From positions 5,551-69,550 of the forward strand of contig CAJTRV010000004.1 in NCBI GenBank assembly GCA_910578855.1: a DNA stretch of 64,000 bases, in the 5' to 3' direction. Under the pieces are notes generated by a model. The model saw only the letters and a program-made list of their open reading frames with translations. It had not been told where the DNA came from and made no database searches. Source of the DNA: an uncultured Bacilli bacterium (lineage in GTDB: Bacteria; Bacillota_I; Bacilli_A; RF39; UBA660). This document shows positions 28,538 to 38,009 of this stretch, piece by piece. Each line of letters starts with the position of its first letter. Within the stretch, counting starts at the first letter, position 1. The translations under genes were made by a program, and so were the position numbers.

Positions 28538-29480
28538 TGATTTCATTCTTCTCAGGATAGATCGCAAATAAAACAATTTCCGTTGGAAAAATATTACTAC
28601 CATAAAATCTTAAATAAAATTCATATCCGGGACAAATCTCCTCGATCATTTTAGGAATTTTCCACAAATCCTCATGGTTATGGTAAACAGATAGTAATAA
28701 TTTAGGATGATCTTCTACAATATGTCGCCGACACCCTAATAATGCTTTCGTCTCTGCCCCTTCAATATCCATTTTCACCATTGTAATTGGTTCACTAATA
28801 TCATCATCCAAGGTTACCGTTTCGACAAATGTATTCCCATTGTCTACTAACACATTGGCAGAAGCATTGACCCTATTCGTATCCATCGAGACAACTTCTT
28901 GTCGATCAGTCACAGCTTTTTTACGACATACAATATTGGGATAATCTTTGACATTTGTTTGGAGATTTAAAAATGTCTCATCCGTCATTTCGTAACAATA
29001 AATTTTTTGATAAGCATCCAAGCCATAACTATGAATAAAGTCTAAGGTCGAATCACCAATATAAGCTCCAACATCAACCAATATTTCTTGATCACAAGTC
29101 ACAATATCTAAATCAAAATAGTGACAATAAGTTTGATCCATTAACTCCTTTAAAGTTGTAAAATCGTAATCATACCAATTATATAATATAGCAAATAATA
29201 ATTTTTTTGAACGATAATCTTTTAAGTGTTGATATAACCAGCGATAATCATCAATATGATCATGAAGTGATTCTGCTTTATTATGAATCTCTTCATATAC
29301 TTTCTTCTGATCATCTAATACACCCCAATAAGGAAAATCAGATAAGAATTGTTCCATTGACTGTTTCACTGCTAGTGGAAGTAGCTGGTACTTCTTCTTG
29401 ATATGTTCAAATACTTCTATCTTCGTTTTTCCTTTTATTTCCGAAGTTAACCATTCAAAATTGCGATCCACATAATTCAT
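28524..29480 (-). CDS. FkbM-family methyltransferase
   Basis: 318 aa with motifs VDVGAYIGD and VKMDIEGAETKAL, typical of the FkbM family. Confidence 0.7.
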   Translation of the reverse strand: MNYVDRNFEWLTSEIKGKTKIEVFEHIKKKYQLLPLAVKQSMEQFLSDFPYWGVLDDQKKVYEEIHNKAESLHDHIDDYRWLYQHLKDYRSKKLLFAILYNWYDYDFTTLKELMDQTYCHYFDLDIVTCDQEILVDVGAYIGDSTLDFIHSYGLDAYQKIYCYEMTDETFLNLQTNVKDYPNIVCRKKAVTDRQEVVSMDTNRVNASANVLVDNGNTFVETVTLDDDISEPITMVKMDIEGAETKALLGCRRHIVEDHPKLLLSVYHNHEDLWKIPKMIEEICPGYEFYLRFYGSNIFPTEIVLFAIYPEKNEIKKSI

Positions 29481-29586
29481 CTTCTCACATCCTATTTCTT
29501 TACATCATATTCTAAACTTGAAAAATGATACCAATAATTGATTAAAGAATCGGAAACGTCCATAAATAATATTATGAACGTTTTTT

Positions 29587-30810
29587 TTATTCATTAAAAA
29601 TTCCTTTTAACATATTGGATACCGCAACAAAAATAGCTGATATTCGATACCAAGTAGCAAAGTTAACAATTCCTGTAACTGGTAGATTAAAAACACGTTG
29701 AAATACCTTTACGGCCTCGATCGTATCTGGGCCATATATTCCATTGGCCTTTTGAATGGAAGGAATAGCAGGATAACTCCCTCTAATTTTATTCAATGCA
29801 TTTTGTAATAGTTGAACTTCTTCACCACATGCCCCTTCTGTCAAATTATAACCTGGAAACGAAGTTGGCAACCCTGGGACAATTTCAGCTGTAACAAGCT
29901 CGATGGTATTTCCATAATAATAACGAACAATTTGTAGAGAATTATAACCTTGGTCCCCTAGTGACTTAGACCCCCACTGACTAAGCCAACCTTCTCGCAC
30001 TACATTAATTCCATCACTATATTGGGCAAAAAAAGGATAAGAACGTCCAGGAAATTTTAAATATTCCATAAATACTTCATCGACTACATTAGATATGGTA
30101 TCAAAAATTGTTCGATTATGAGAATATTTTTGATCATATGCAGTCGAAGAGGTAATCGTAAAATTATACCCTTTAGAGTAATACCATTCCGTATAGACCC
30201 GATTTAAAGTAAATGATACAATCGCATGGACATTGGCCTTTAGTGTTTCTCTAGGCCAACTAGGATAAATTTCTGACGATGTGACATTCTTGATATAATC
30301 TGAAAATGATACATAATAATTTGGAGCATAAGTATCCGTAGGAATTCCATCATGAACAATAATATATTCGGGAATGACAACCCGGGGTAATACCTTAGAT
30401 TCCAATGATCCTATCTCTGGATGTTCAACAATTTTGGGAACTTCATTGTCCCATATCGTTGGTGGTGGGACAATTGTTGTTATCTTTCCTGATCCCCCTG
30501 TTGTTGTACTGAGATATACATCCTGAATCGATGTAATACCAGCATAAACTTGAACCCCGAGAACGGTTCCGGTTCCAAGGCCATCTTTGGTTACGGTAAC
30601 ATTATACGTCTCCCAAGGTTGAACTATCGTCTGTGGTTCTAAAGAGTATTCGATATTAGGTGCTTCAAGAGCAATCGCCTCCGTCCTTCCAGATTCATCA
30701 GTAACAACATTAATATTGGTATTATTTCCACTAATATTCACTCTGGCCCCCATTAATGGTTGCGCAACATTATCTACAAACACATTCACAACCAAATGTC
30801 CAATTGCCAT
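29587..30810 (-). CDS. Peptidoglycan-binding protein (N-terminal CarboxypepD_reg-like domain, C-terminal PG_binding_1), possibly SleC-like cortex hydrolase
   Basis: The C-terminal motif is GEEVQLLQNALN...GIYGPDTIEAVKVFQRVFNLPVTGIV. The start is moved to ATG 30810 because the TTG at 30819 abuts the SD. The hydrolase role is a guess. Confidence 0.5.
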   Translation of the reverse strand: MAIGHLVVNVFVDNVAQPLMGARVNISGNNTNINVVTDESGRTEAIALEAPNIEYSLEPQTIVQPWETYNVTVTKDGLGTGTVLGVQVYAGITSIQDVYLSTTTGGSGKITTIVPPPTIWDNEVPKIVEHPEIGSLESKVLPRVVIPEYIIVHDGIPTDTYAPNYYVSFSDYIKNVTSSEIYPSWPRETLKANVHAIVSFTLNRVYTEWYYSKGYNFTITSSTAYDQKYSHNRTIFDTISNVVDEVFMEYLKFPGRSYPFFAQYSDGINVVREGWLSQWGSKSLGDQGYNSLQIVRYYYGNTIELVTAEIVPGLPTSFPGYNLTEGACGEEVQLLQNALNKIRGSYPAIPSIQKANGIYGPDTIEAVKVFQRVFNLPVTGIVNFATWYRISAIFVAVSNMLKGIFNE

Positions 30811-30928
30811 AACACTCAAATCCTTTCTTTCTATAATTCAATATATGTTTTTTAACAACTAATATCATTAAAAGACAACATTTTTCATCTTTCTAATATA
30901 ATACAAGTAATAGAGATGGGGTTATAAA

Positions 30929-31942
30929 ATGAATGATAACAAAAAATACTTTGTTCACCAAGAAACGGTTTCATCACTAGAAAATATGTATTTTAATGAT
31001 GTAATTACGATGATTCAACATCAACTTAAAACATTAGGTTATTATGATGTCAGCATTACCGGTAGCTACGACCACAATACCAAAACAGCAATCAAAAATT
31101 TTCAGACAGATCACCATTTAAAAAACGATGGTACGCTCAATGATCAAACCTGGGATACACTTTACTCTAACAGAAATAATTTAGAGCGCCAAGTAGCGGA
31201 ACGCCAAACAAGACCGGTTCTTAGACTCGGTAGTACTGGCCCATATGTAACGGAGTTACAAACAATTTTAAAAAATCTTCTTTACTATACTGGTACCATT
31301 GATGGTAATTTCGGAAATACTACTGCTCTCGCAGTCAAAACATTTCAGACGAATAATCACTTAACACCAGATGGTGTTGTCGGTCGAGATACTTGGAGTG
31401 CCCTTTCGACGCTATATTCACCACTGGCTATCTGTGATGACAACGAAAATGGAAATGGGAATAATCCAATTTCTTATACAGTGGTGGCCGGGGACTCCTT
31501 ATGGAGTATTGCCAAACGATTTAATACTACCGTTGAGGCAATTAAACAATTAAATCAATTAACGAGTGATGTTATTTATGTTGGTCAGCAACTTCTCATC
31601 CCGAGCGGCAATGATAATGGAACACCGCCAACTTATACCCTATATACGGTGGTAGCTGGTGATTCTCTATGGAATATTGCCAAACGATTTAATACCACCG
31701 TTGAAGAGATTAAAAGCCTCAATAATCTGACAAGTAACCTATTAACTATCGGTCAACAATTAAAGATCCCATCAGATACTTCAAATGTCATCACCTATAC
31801 AGTAATTGCTGGGGATACATTATGGAAAATAGCTCAAAAATTTAATACTACTGTAAATACATTAAAAAGCTTTAACAATCTTACCAATGACACTTTAAAT
31901 ATTGGTCAGCAATTAAGAATCCCAATCAATCGTAACGAATAA
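30929..31942 (+). CDS. Cell-wall-binding protein with 2 PG_binding_1 and 3 LysM domains
   Basis: The pattern TAIKNFQ...L..DG occurs twice. The pattern Y(T)V(V/I)AGD(S/T)LW.IA.(R/K)FNTTV...L...N.LT...(L/I).(I/V)GQQL.IP occurs three times. Confidence 0.8.
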   Translation: MNDNKKYFVHQETVSSLENMYFNDVITMIQHQLKTLGYYDVSITGSYDHNTKTAIKNFQTDHHLKNDGTLNDQTWDTLYSNRNNLERQVAERQTRPVLRLGSTGPYVTELQTILKNLLYYTGTIDGNFGNTTALAVKTFQTNNHLTPDGVVGRDTWSALSTLYSPLAICDDNENGNGNNPISYTVVAGDSLWSIAKRFNTTVEAIKQLNQLTSDVIYVGQQLLIPSGNDNGTPPTYTLYTVVAGDSLWNIAKRFNTTVEEIKSLNNLTSNLLTIGQQLKIPSDTSNVITYTVIAGDTLWKIAQKFNTTVNTLKSFNNLTNDTLNIGQQLRIPINRNE

Positions 31943-31968
31943 AAAATACCATCGAAATGGTATTTTTT
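31943..31968. terminator. Bidirectional rho-independent terminator
   Basis: The sequence is aaaataccat-cgaa-atggtatttt followed by tt. Confidence 0.75.
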
Positions 31969-31973
31969 GTTTC

Positions 31974-32942
31974 TTATATAATTAATCGTTGGCCTGGATA
32001 AATTCTATTGGGATTATCTCCAATCGTTGCTTTATTCTTATTATAAATAGTCTGCCATGTCGTCCCAAATTGTTTGGCAATTTTAGATAAATTATCGCCT
32101 TTTTTTACAATATAAACAGTTGGTTCAACTGCAGTAGATGGCAAGATTAGTACTTGACCTGGATAGATTAGATTGGGATTTTTAATATGATTCAATGCTA
32201 CTAATGTCGCAACAGTTGTTTGGTACCTACTTGCAATCGTCGATAAGTTATCACCAGCTTTTACGACATATGTTTTCTGATTAGTTGGTGGTTCATCTGG
32301 ATCAGTTGGTTCTGTTGATTCATCTAGGTGGTTTAATCCTCGTTCTTTTATGATCATAGGATAATCTAGATAAGCAATATCACGATCGACTCGACCATTA
32401 ATTCCGGAAATACTTCCATCACTCGTATACTGCCACATACCAAATGGTTTATCATAAGTAGGAAGATTACTCCATTGTGCCAACCACTTATCATAGCGAT
32501 CTAATTTAGGTGAATTTAATTTTGATTGAAAAAAGGCTTTGCTCGAATATATTCCTACATAGTATCCAGCCTGCTCTATTTTATCACAAAATGTTTGACA
32601 CATTTTTACCAGCATTTCATTACTATTTTGGTCGGTATAAGAGTTAGCCTCAATATCATAATAAATCGGATATTCTAGTCGGTAATTCTTAGCCAATCGT
32701 AAAGCATGATCTGCTTCACTACTCGCTTCAGCTGTTCCCCTGGCGTAACTAAATAAATAGATTCCAAAGGGAATCCCTAACCGAGTACATTCTGAAGCAT
32801 TACGGTGGAACTTTGTATCATCTTGACTAGTACGATCAACACCATAACCACATCTTAAAATAGCAAAATCAACTTGATCTTTAACTTTTTCCCAATCGAT
32901 ATCACCTTGGTAATAAGAAACATCAATTCCTTGCTTTTCCAT
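31974..32942 (-). CDS. GH25 muramidase (lysozyme) with two C-terminal LysM domains
   Basis: [16 protein letters not shown] and [10 protein letters not shown] are GH25 signatures. Two LysM repeats are present ([13 protein letters not shown] and [13 protein letters not shown]). The start is at MEKQGID. Confidence 0.85.
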   Translation of the reverse strand: MEKQGIDVSYYQGDIDWEKVKDQVDFAILRCGYGVDRTSQDDTKFHRNASECTRLGIPFGIYLFSYARGTAEASSEADHALRLAKNYRLEYPIYYDIEANSYTDQNSNEMLVKMCQTFCDKIEQAGYYVGIYSSKAFFQSKLNSPKLDRYDKWLAQWSNLPTYDKPFGMWQYTSDGSISGINGRVDRDIAYLDYPMIIKERGLNHLDESTEPTDPDEPPTNQKTYVVKAGDNLSTIASRYQTTVATLVALNHIKNPNLIYPGQVLILPSTAVEPTVYIVKKGDNLSKIAKQFGTTWQTIYNKNKATIGDNPNRIYPGQRLII

Positions 32943-33025
32943 ATACAACTCCTTTCGTTATTATAGTATACGAATGAAATAATATAAGAGTAAGGAAGTC
33001 AAACTAAAAAAGAAGGAATAACCTT

Positions 33026-33445
33026 CTATTTTTGAATCATGTTTAATAAATTGATTTTAAAAATGTCTTTTTCCGCATGTTCTTTCGAAACCATAACACC
33101 CTTGTAAGTAACCAATTCCGATTGATGACCTTCTGCTAAAATATCTTCCGGTGTAATCGTATCTAACATAATAATATGATCTGCTTCATAAACGTGATAA
33201 TGTAATTTAATATCACCATGGACTTTAGAAAACATGGAATCCGTTGGCAATTTTAATTCATAAGTTACAGTTCCTTTGCTTTGATTGGTAGAAACAATTT
33301 CTCCTAGAAAAATACCAGTTTTTAGTTTTGGATAAAATTCGAAATATAATTTTTTATAGGCTAACATATTATACTTTTTTAAAGAACGTTCAAGCTTCTT
33401 AAATTCATTTTCATTGACATAGTCAAATACGTAAGCACCCTTCAT
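33026..33445 (-). CDS. Hypothetical protein
   Basis: 139 aa with no motif recognised. Confidence 0.4.
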   Translation of the reverse strand: MKGAYVFDYVNENEFKKLERSLKKYNMLAYKKLYFEFYPKLKTGIFLGEIVSTNQSKGTVTYELKLPTDSMFSKVHGDIKLHYHVYEADHIIMLDTITPEDILAEGHQSELVTYKGVMVSKEHAEKDIFKINLLNMIQK

Positions 33446-33565
33446 TATATTTCACCTTCCCCATGCATCTACTATTTTCTATCGTACTTAAATGATAACA
33501 TGATTACTGGTTTTTGTCAAACAAAAAAAGGAAAGATTCCTTTCCTTTAGAAACTTGAATAACAA

Positions 33566-35239
33566 CTATCGTGACATTCCACCAGTAGATGCTTCTACTT
33601 GAACAGGAGTGCCATCAGATAAATACCAGTTACCATCAGCACCCATAATCAAGTCACTATAATAAACTTCCTCAGTCGTCGTTGTAGTAGTTGCACTATT
33701 ACTATTTTCATTTGGTTGCGACTGTCCACCATTATTTGGAAGCACATTACCACTATCGAAACCTGGATAATAGTTGTCTTGTGTATCTTGATTATTATCT
33801 ATAACATTATCGTCCTCAGGTGGCGTTATGTTATTTTTAACAGAATTATATCCTAACATATAATTAGAATCACTTGATTGTGGTGGCAACCCTGCAAGTG
33901 CATCATTTGCCCCACGTTGAACTAATTGTTCAACTGTTTCTTTATTTGACTGTTGATTGTTTTCATCATGAAAACCGGTATCCACTTCTTGACCTTTATG
34001 TTCATTATAATCAGCTACACCTGCATTAATCGTCGTTTTTCCAGTCTTTGGATCAGTTCGCAAATTTTTATAATCCTCCGCTGTCATCTGACTACCTTTT
34101 TGTTTTTTCATTGCTTCTGTATATTCATGTGAATCACTTGCTTGCGAAGCAATTTCACTAGCATTTTTCTTATTTTCAACTTTTACTTTACTAATTTCAA
34201 TCGCGATTTCTTTTAAAGATTTACCACCATCAGACTTTGATTCATCAGTTGCTTTTTCAATTTCAATCATCTCAGTAATATTTTCTAATATTGATGTGAA
34301 AGCACTGGAATAACTAGAATGATTTTCTTCAATAAAATCCGTATTTTCTGTTCTTTCAGCACATGCTTTATCGAGATGATCAATGAAAGTATTTCGAACA
34401 GTTTGATTAATATCCTTATAGCTATGAAAATACTGAGCGTAACTTGTTGCAACGAACATAGCCATTTCACTATAACCAGCTGATCCATTTTGAATTTTAT
34501 CTAAGGTCTTTACCAATTCATCACGATTTTCATTACTTCGTTCTGTATTCAATTTTTGATACAATGCTTGTAACTCATTTAACATCTTCGCATCATATTT
34601 TTTCGGAAATATACTAGACCAATCCACTTTGAATTGATTAGTCATCAACCCAGTATTCAATGATTGTCTATATTCCTCAAGGTATTTCAACGCATCCGCT
34701 CTATTAGATACAAACTCAGAAATATTTAATGATTTAATTCTAGCATCAGTTTTTGCTTCAAAACCAGCTAATATTGAATAAAATGCTAACTTATCATTAG
34801 AAAACCGTCCCTCTTCTAACAATCCATTTTCACCTAATAACTTCTTAATACTAATTCCTTGATCAATTAGCGTTTGGTCTGCTAAAGCATTACGGCTCCA
34901 ATAATCCTCATCAAACAAAACAATATTATTTTTATCTGAACCTGGTTCTTTATCTTTACTATCATTTCCACAACCAGTCAAGGAAACCGCAATTGCTCCA
35001 ATTAGTCCCACTGGAACTAGTATTTTTACAAGTACTCCATACTTTTCTTTAATTTTACTGACAATATTTTCCCGAACACCCTGTTGCTTTTTATAGTCCT
35101 TCACAATTTTATTAATTTTAGTTAATGCTCCATTCGAAAAATCATTTAGTTCAAGTTTCGAAAAGGCTTCCAACACATTTTCCCCGCGATCGAGTGTTCG
35201 TTGTAAAGCTGCAATTATGGACATTTCATATGCATTCAT
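33566..35239 (-). CDS. Hypothetical single-pass envelope protein with Q/N/D/T-rich C-terminal tail
   Basis: 557 aa. An ~80-aa cytoplasmic head is followed by the TM segment ILVPVGLIGAIAVSLTGCG, then a large external region and a low-complexity tail ending NSATTTTTEEVYYSDL. Confidence 0.5.
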   Translation of the reverse strand: MNAYEMSIIAALQRTLDRGENVLEAFSKLELNDFSNGALTKINKIVKDYKKQQGVRENIVSKIKEKYGVLVKILVPVGLIGAIAVSLTGCGNDSKDKEPGSDKNNIVLFDEDYWSRNALADQTLIDQGISIKKLLGENGLLEEGRFSNDKLAFYSILAGFEAKTDARIKSLNISEFVSNRADALKYLEEYRQSLNTGLMTNQFKVDWSSIFPKKYDAKMLNELQALYQKLNTERSNENRDELVKTLDKIQNGSAGYSEMAMFVATSYAQYFHSYKDINQTVRNTFIDHLDKACAERTENTDFIEENHSSYSSAFTSILENITEMIEIEKATDESKSDGGKSLKEIAIEISKVKVENKKNASEIASQASDSHEYTEAMKKQKGSQMTAEDYKNLRTDPKTGKTTINAGVADYNEHKGQEVDTGFHDENNQQSNKETVEQLVQRGANDALAGLPPQSSDSNYMLGYNSVKNNITPPEDDNVIDNNQDTQDNYYPGFDSGNVLPNNGGQSQPNENSNSATTTTTTEEVYYSDLIMGADGNWYLSDGTPVQVEASTGGMSR

Positions 35240-35253
35240 CTAAACCCCTCCTT

Positions 35254-36606
35254 CTATTTTTCTTTCTTCTCGCCGGTCCATTCATAACCGTCGTTGATTA
35301 AATTTTTATCGTCACACTTGCTCCATTTTTCATCACGCCATCCGCTCTTAATAGATCGTGTTCGGTAACGATAATACTTTGTATTAACAGGAACTTTGAC
35401 CGTTCCATAAATTGGTTCGGTTGTTTTTTCGACCCGTTGTGATGTACCATAATCTACAATCACCTTAATGGTTGTATAAACAGGTGTTGACTTCGTCTCC
35501 CATTTTGTACATACCGTTTGCGTTTTAGTAACTTCGTACTTTTGACATGTTTTTTGAGCCCATATCTGATATTCTCCAAAAGAACAATTACCACAATGCT
35601 CTGGGACATCTGAAATCCAATACCAATACTCAGTATCACTAAAAGTTAACTCGTCTCTACTTCCAACCTTTTTTCTAACCCCTGTATCAGTAAATTTTGT
35701 ATATTTATACTCACCAGTTCCCACTTCCTGAGTTTTCGTTGCTGTACATACTTTTTTCTGTTCAGTACCAATTTGAATTTGTTTATCACCATAAATTGGC
35801 TTATTTTTATCTTTATATGTAATGGTCTTGGTGATAATTCGTTCTCCAATTTTAACCGTCTCATTTTTATAAGTAACTTCGTTTTTCGTTTCAACATCAG
35901 TTAAATCATCTTCATACTTTGGTGATGTTGACCAGCTTGACCAGTTACCCCAATCAGTATAGGAAGCCTTTACCGTCTTAACATACTTACAAATAAATTC
36001 TTTTTGACCTGGTGTTGGCGTTGGTTTTGGTTTATTTGTCGGAGTTGGTGTCGGTTTTGGTTTACTAGTTGGCGTTGGTGTTTTACTAGGCTTACTGGTT
36101 GGTGCTGGAGTTGCCTTTGATGGTAAGATCGCTGGTGTTTTCACATCCTTTTCATCTTTTTCACAGATGGTCGTCTTACAATAATCATAACATCCCATGT
36201 AAACTAATAAATAATTTTCTTGTTCAGTACATTTCAAGTTGACCTTCATGATATACTCTTCATCCATCTTCGTAATTTCTACATAAGAAGCCGTATTATC
36301 ACATGATCTTCCTTTACTATCGGTAAATGGTAACACAATTTTCTTGTCTAACATTTCACCTAATGTCATCGACACTTTATCCCCAACTTTTTGTGGCAAT
36401 CGCGGCGTCGTATAATAACTCTTTGCTGAATCTTTCATCATTAAAATGTTTTCATTAAAGATTCGATCATATAAAGGTGTTAACGCATCCTTTACAAATT
36501 GTTTTGATGGAAATAAATAAATTAAAATAAATACAAACAGTACTACAAATAAAATCTGTAATACAATATCCTTAATTGAAAAACTATCTTTACGTTCTTG
36601 ATACAT
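35254..36606 (-). CDS. Hypothetical single-pass envelope protein with Pro/Thr/Lys linker
   Basis: The start is moved to MYQERKD (ATG 36606, SD gaggggga). A TM segment is followed by a globular part, the linker PAPTSKPSKTPTPTSKPKPTPTPTNKPKPTPTPG and a Cys/Trp/Tyr-rich beta-type C-terminal domain. Confidence 0.5.
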   Translation of the reverse strand: MYQERKDSFSIKDIVLQILFVVLFVFILIYLFPSKQFVKDALTPLYDRIFNENILMMKDSAKSYYTTPRLPQKVGDKVSMTLGEMLDKKIVLPFTDSKGRSCDNTASYVEITKMDEEYIMKVNLKCTEQENYLLVYMGCYDYCKTTICEKDEKDVKTPAILPSKATPAPTSKPSKTPTPTSKPKPTPTPTNKPKPTPTPGQKEFICKYVKTVKASYTDWGNWSSWSTSPKYEDDLTDVETKNEVTYKNETVKIGERIITKTITYKDKNKPIYGDKQIQIGTEQKKVCTATKTQEVGTGEYKYTKFTDTGVRKKVGSRDELTFSDTEYWYWISDVPEHCGNCSFGEYQIWAQKTCQKYEVTKTQTVCTKWETKSTPVYTTIKVIVDYGTSQRVEKTTEPIYGTVKVPVNTKYYRYRTRSIKSGWRDEKWSKCDDKNLINDGYEWTGEKKEK

Positions 36607-36742
36607 AAAAACTCCCCCTCTTCTCAAATTATGTTCGCTATGATAACACAACCGTCTATTCTTGTCAAGTGCCACACAATTCCAATTTTTTCTTATTTTT
36701 CAAACCATCACTTGTTAATAAATTATACCATATTTTAGGCTG

Positions 36743-37012
36743 TTAGTCAATTTTGATTTGGACAATTGTACAACCATGATTATAGTAAAAACTCTTGTAA
36801 TCGATTACCATTTTATGACTTCTTAATACTTCGTTGGTCGTGCTTCTTAAAATTCCATATCCAATTCCATGAATGATAACGATAATTGGTTGTTTTAACG
36901 TTCTTTGATCACGAATAAAATCCTGAATGGCTACTCTCGCCGTTTCCCGATCATAACCATGTAAATCTAGTTTAGGAAAGCGATCAATAAAAATAACATC
37001 ATTTAAATTCAT
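36743..37012 (-). CDS. Small Smr-domain protein
   Basis: LDLHGY and IIHGIGYGILR are Smr signatures. The start is at MNLNDV (ATG 37012), overlapping the pfkB-type gene by 14 nt. Confidence 0.65.
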   Translation of the reverse strand: MNLNDVIFIDRFPKLDLHGYDRETARVAIQDFIRDQRTLKQPIIVIIHGIGYGILRSTTNEVLRSHKMVIDYKSFYYNHGCTIVQIKID

Positions 37013-37898
37013 AAAAATACTTCCGCATTTCTTCTTTTTCGGGCATCGAAGGCTTACTGCCAATGCGGGTTGCCGAAATGGCCCCAGCTAAATTACCGAT
37101 TCTGAGGCAATCTTCAAACGGATAATGTTTGGCAATCGCATAAGTAAATGCCCCATGAAAAATATCACCTGCTCCAGTTGTATCTTTGGCCTCAACCGTA
37201 ATAGATGGCATGATTTTGATCATTCCGTCATATTCATAAAGACAACCATGTGCTTCTAAAGTAATAACAATATTGGTTTGAAATCGTTGTTGTAAATAAC
37301 GGAGATTATCAATTAACGTTTGATGATTTTCGTAATCAATAGTAATCCCACTTACTTGCTCAGCAAAATCATGAGAACAAACAACATAGTCAACCAACGA
37401 ACATAATTCCTGAATCTCAGGAGTGGACCTACCCGCATCGATAATTCCAATTGCCTTCGGATACTGCTTTAACACCATCTTCGCATAGGCATATTCCTGA
37501 CCATCAATTAAAATAATATCAGGTTCCACAGGATAACACGGTGCCTGGTATTCTAACTGATCAGAGCGATATGTCAAAATTGTCCGTGACCCTGTTTCCG
37601 TATTGACAATTACCGTTGATGATGTTGTCGCCCCTGTCTCACTAAACGCTAAATAATCCGTATTGACATGGGCTTCCGTTAATTCCTGCTTAATCTTCTC
37701 TCCAAAACGGTCTTTTCCAACCACCCCAGCAAAGGCGACATCTAAGCCCCATTTTCCTAGTAAATAGGCAGCATTACATGCCGGACCACCGCCACATTCA
37801 ATTTGCTGTTTCACTCTATTTTTGGTATTTTCCTTAGGATAACCATCAACGGGAATGGTCGTATCATAGGCAGCATGTCCAATTGCTAAAATTTTCAT
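36999..37898 (-). CDS. PfkB-family carbohydrate kinase
   Basis: 299 aa with GGGPACNAA (signature 1-like) and DTTGAGDIFHGAF (signature 2). Confidence 0.8.
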   Translation of the reverse strand: MKILAIGHAAYDTTIPVDGYPKENTKNRVKQQIECGGGPACNAAYLLGKWGLDVAFAGVVGKDRFGEKIKQELTEAHVNTDYLAFSETGATTSSTVIVNTETGSRTILTYRSDQLEYQAPCYPVEPDIILIDGQEYAYAKMVLKQYPKAIGIIDAGRSTPEIQELCSLVDYVVCSHDFAEQVSGITIDYENHQTLIDNLRYLQQRFQTNIVITLEAHGCLYEYDGMIKIMPSITVEAKDTTGAGDIFHGAFTYAIAKHYPFEDCLRIGNLAGAISATRIGSKPSMPEKEEMRKYFYEFK

Positions 37899-38009
37899 TG
37901 ATCCACCTCATCTTGTGTATCGTACTATTTACGATCTACTATTATTATTCTACCACAAAACTAATTATTACAGAAAAAAAGTGATCAAAATCATCACTTT
38001 TTTACAACT

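Noticed and set aside
31974-32942. The GH25 + LysM gene as a phage endolysin marking a prophage.
   Set aside because: There is no holin or any phage gene nearby. Its neighbours are chromosomal-type wall-binding proteins.
35990-36110. Tandem DNA repeat (ggttttggttt… units), and likewise the G-rich run at 46166-46250.
   Set aside because: Both are in-frame low-complexity coding segments (the PT(K) linker and the poly-Gly tail) of well-supported long ORFs. They are not non-coding satellite repeats.
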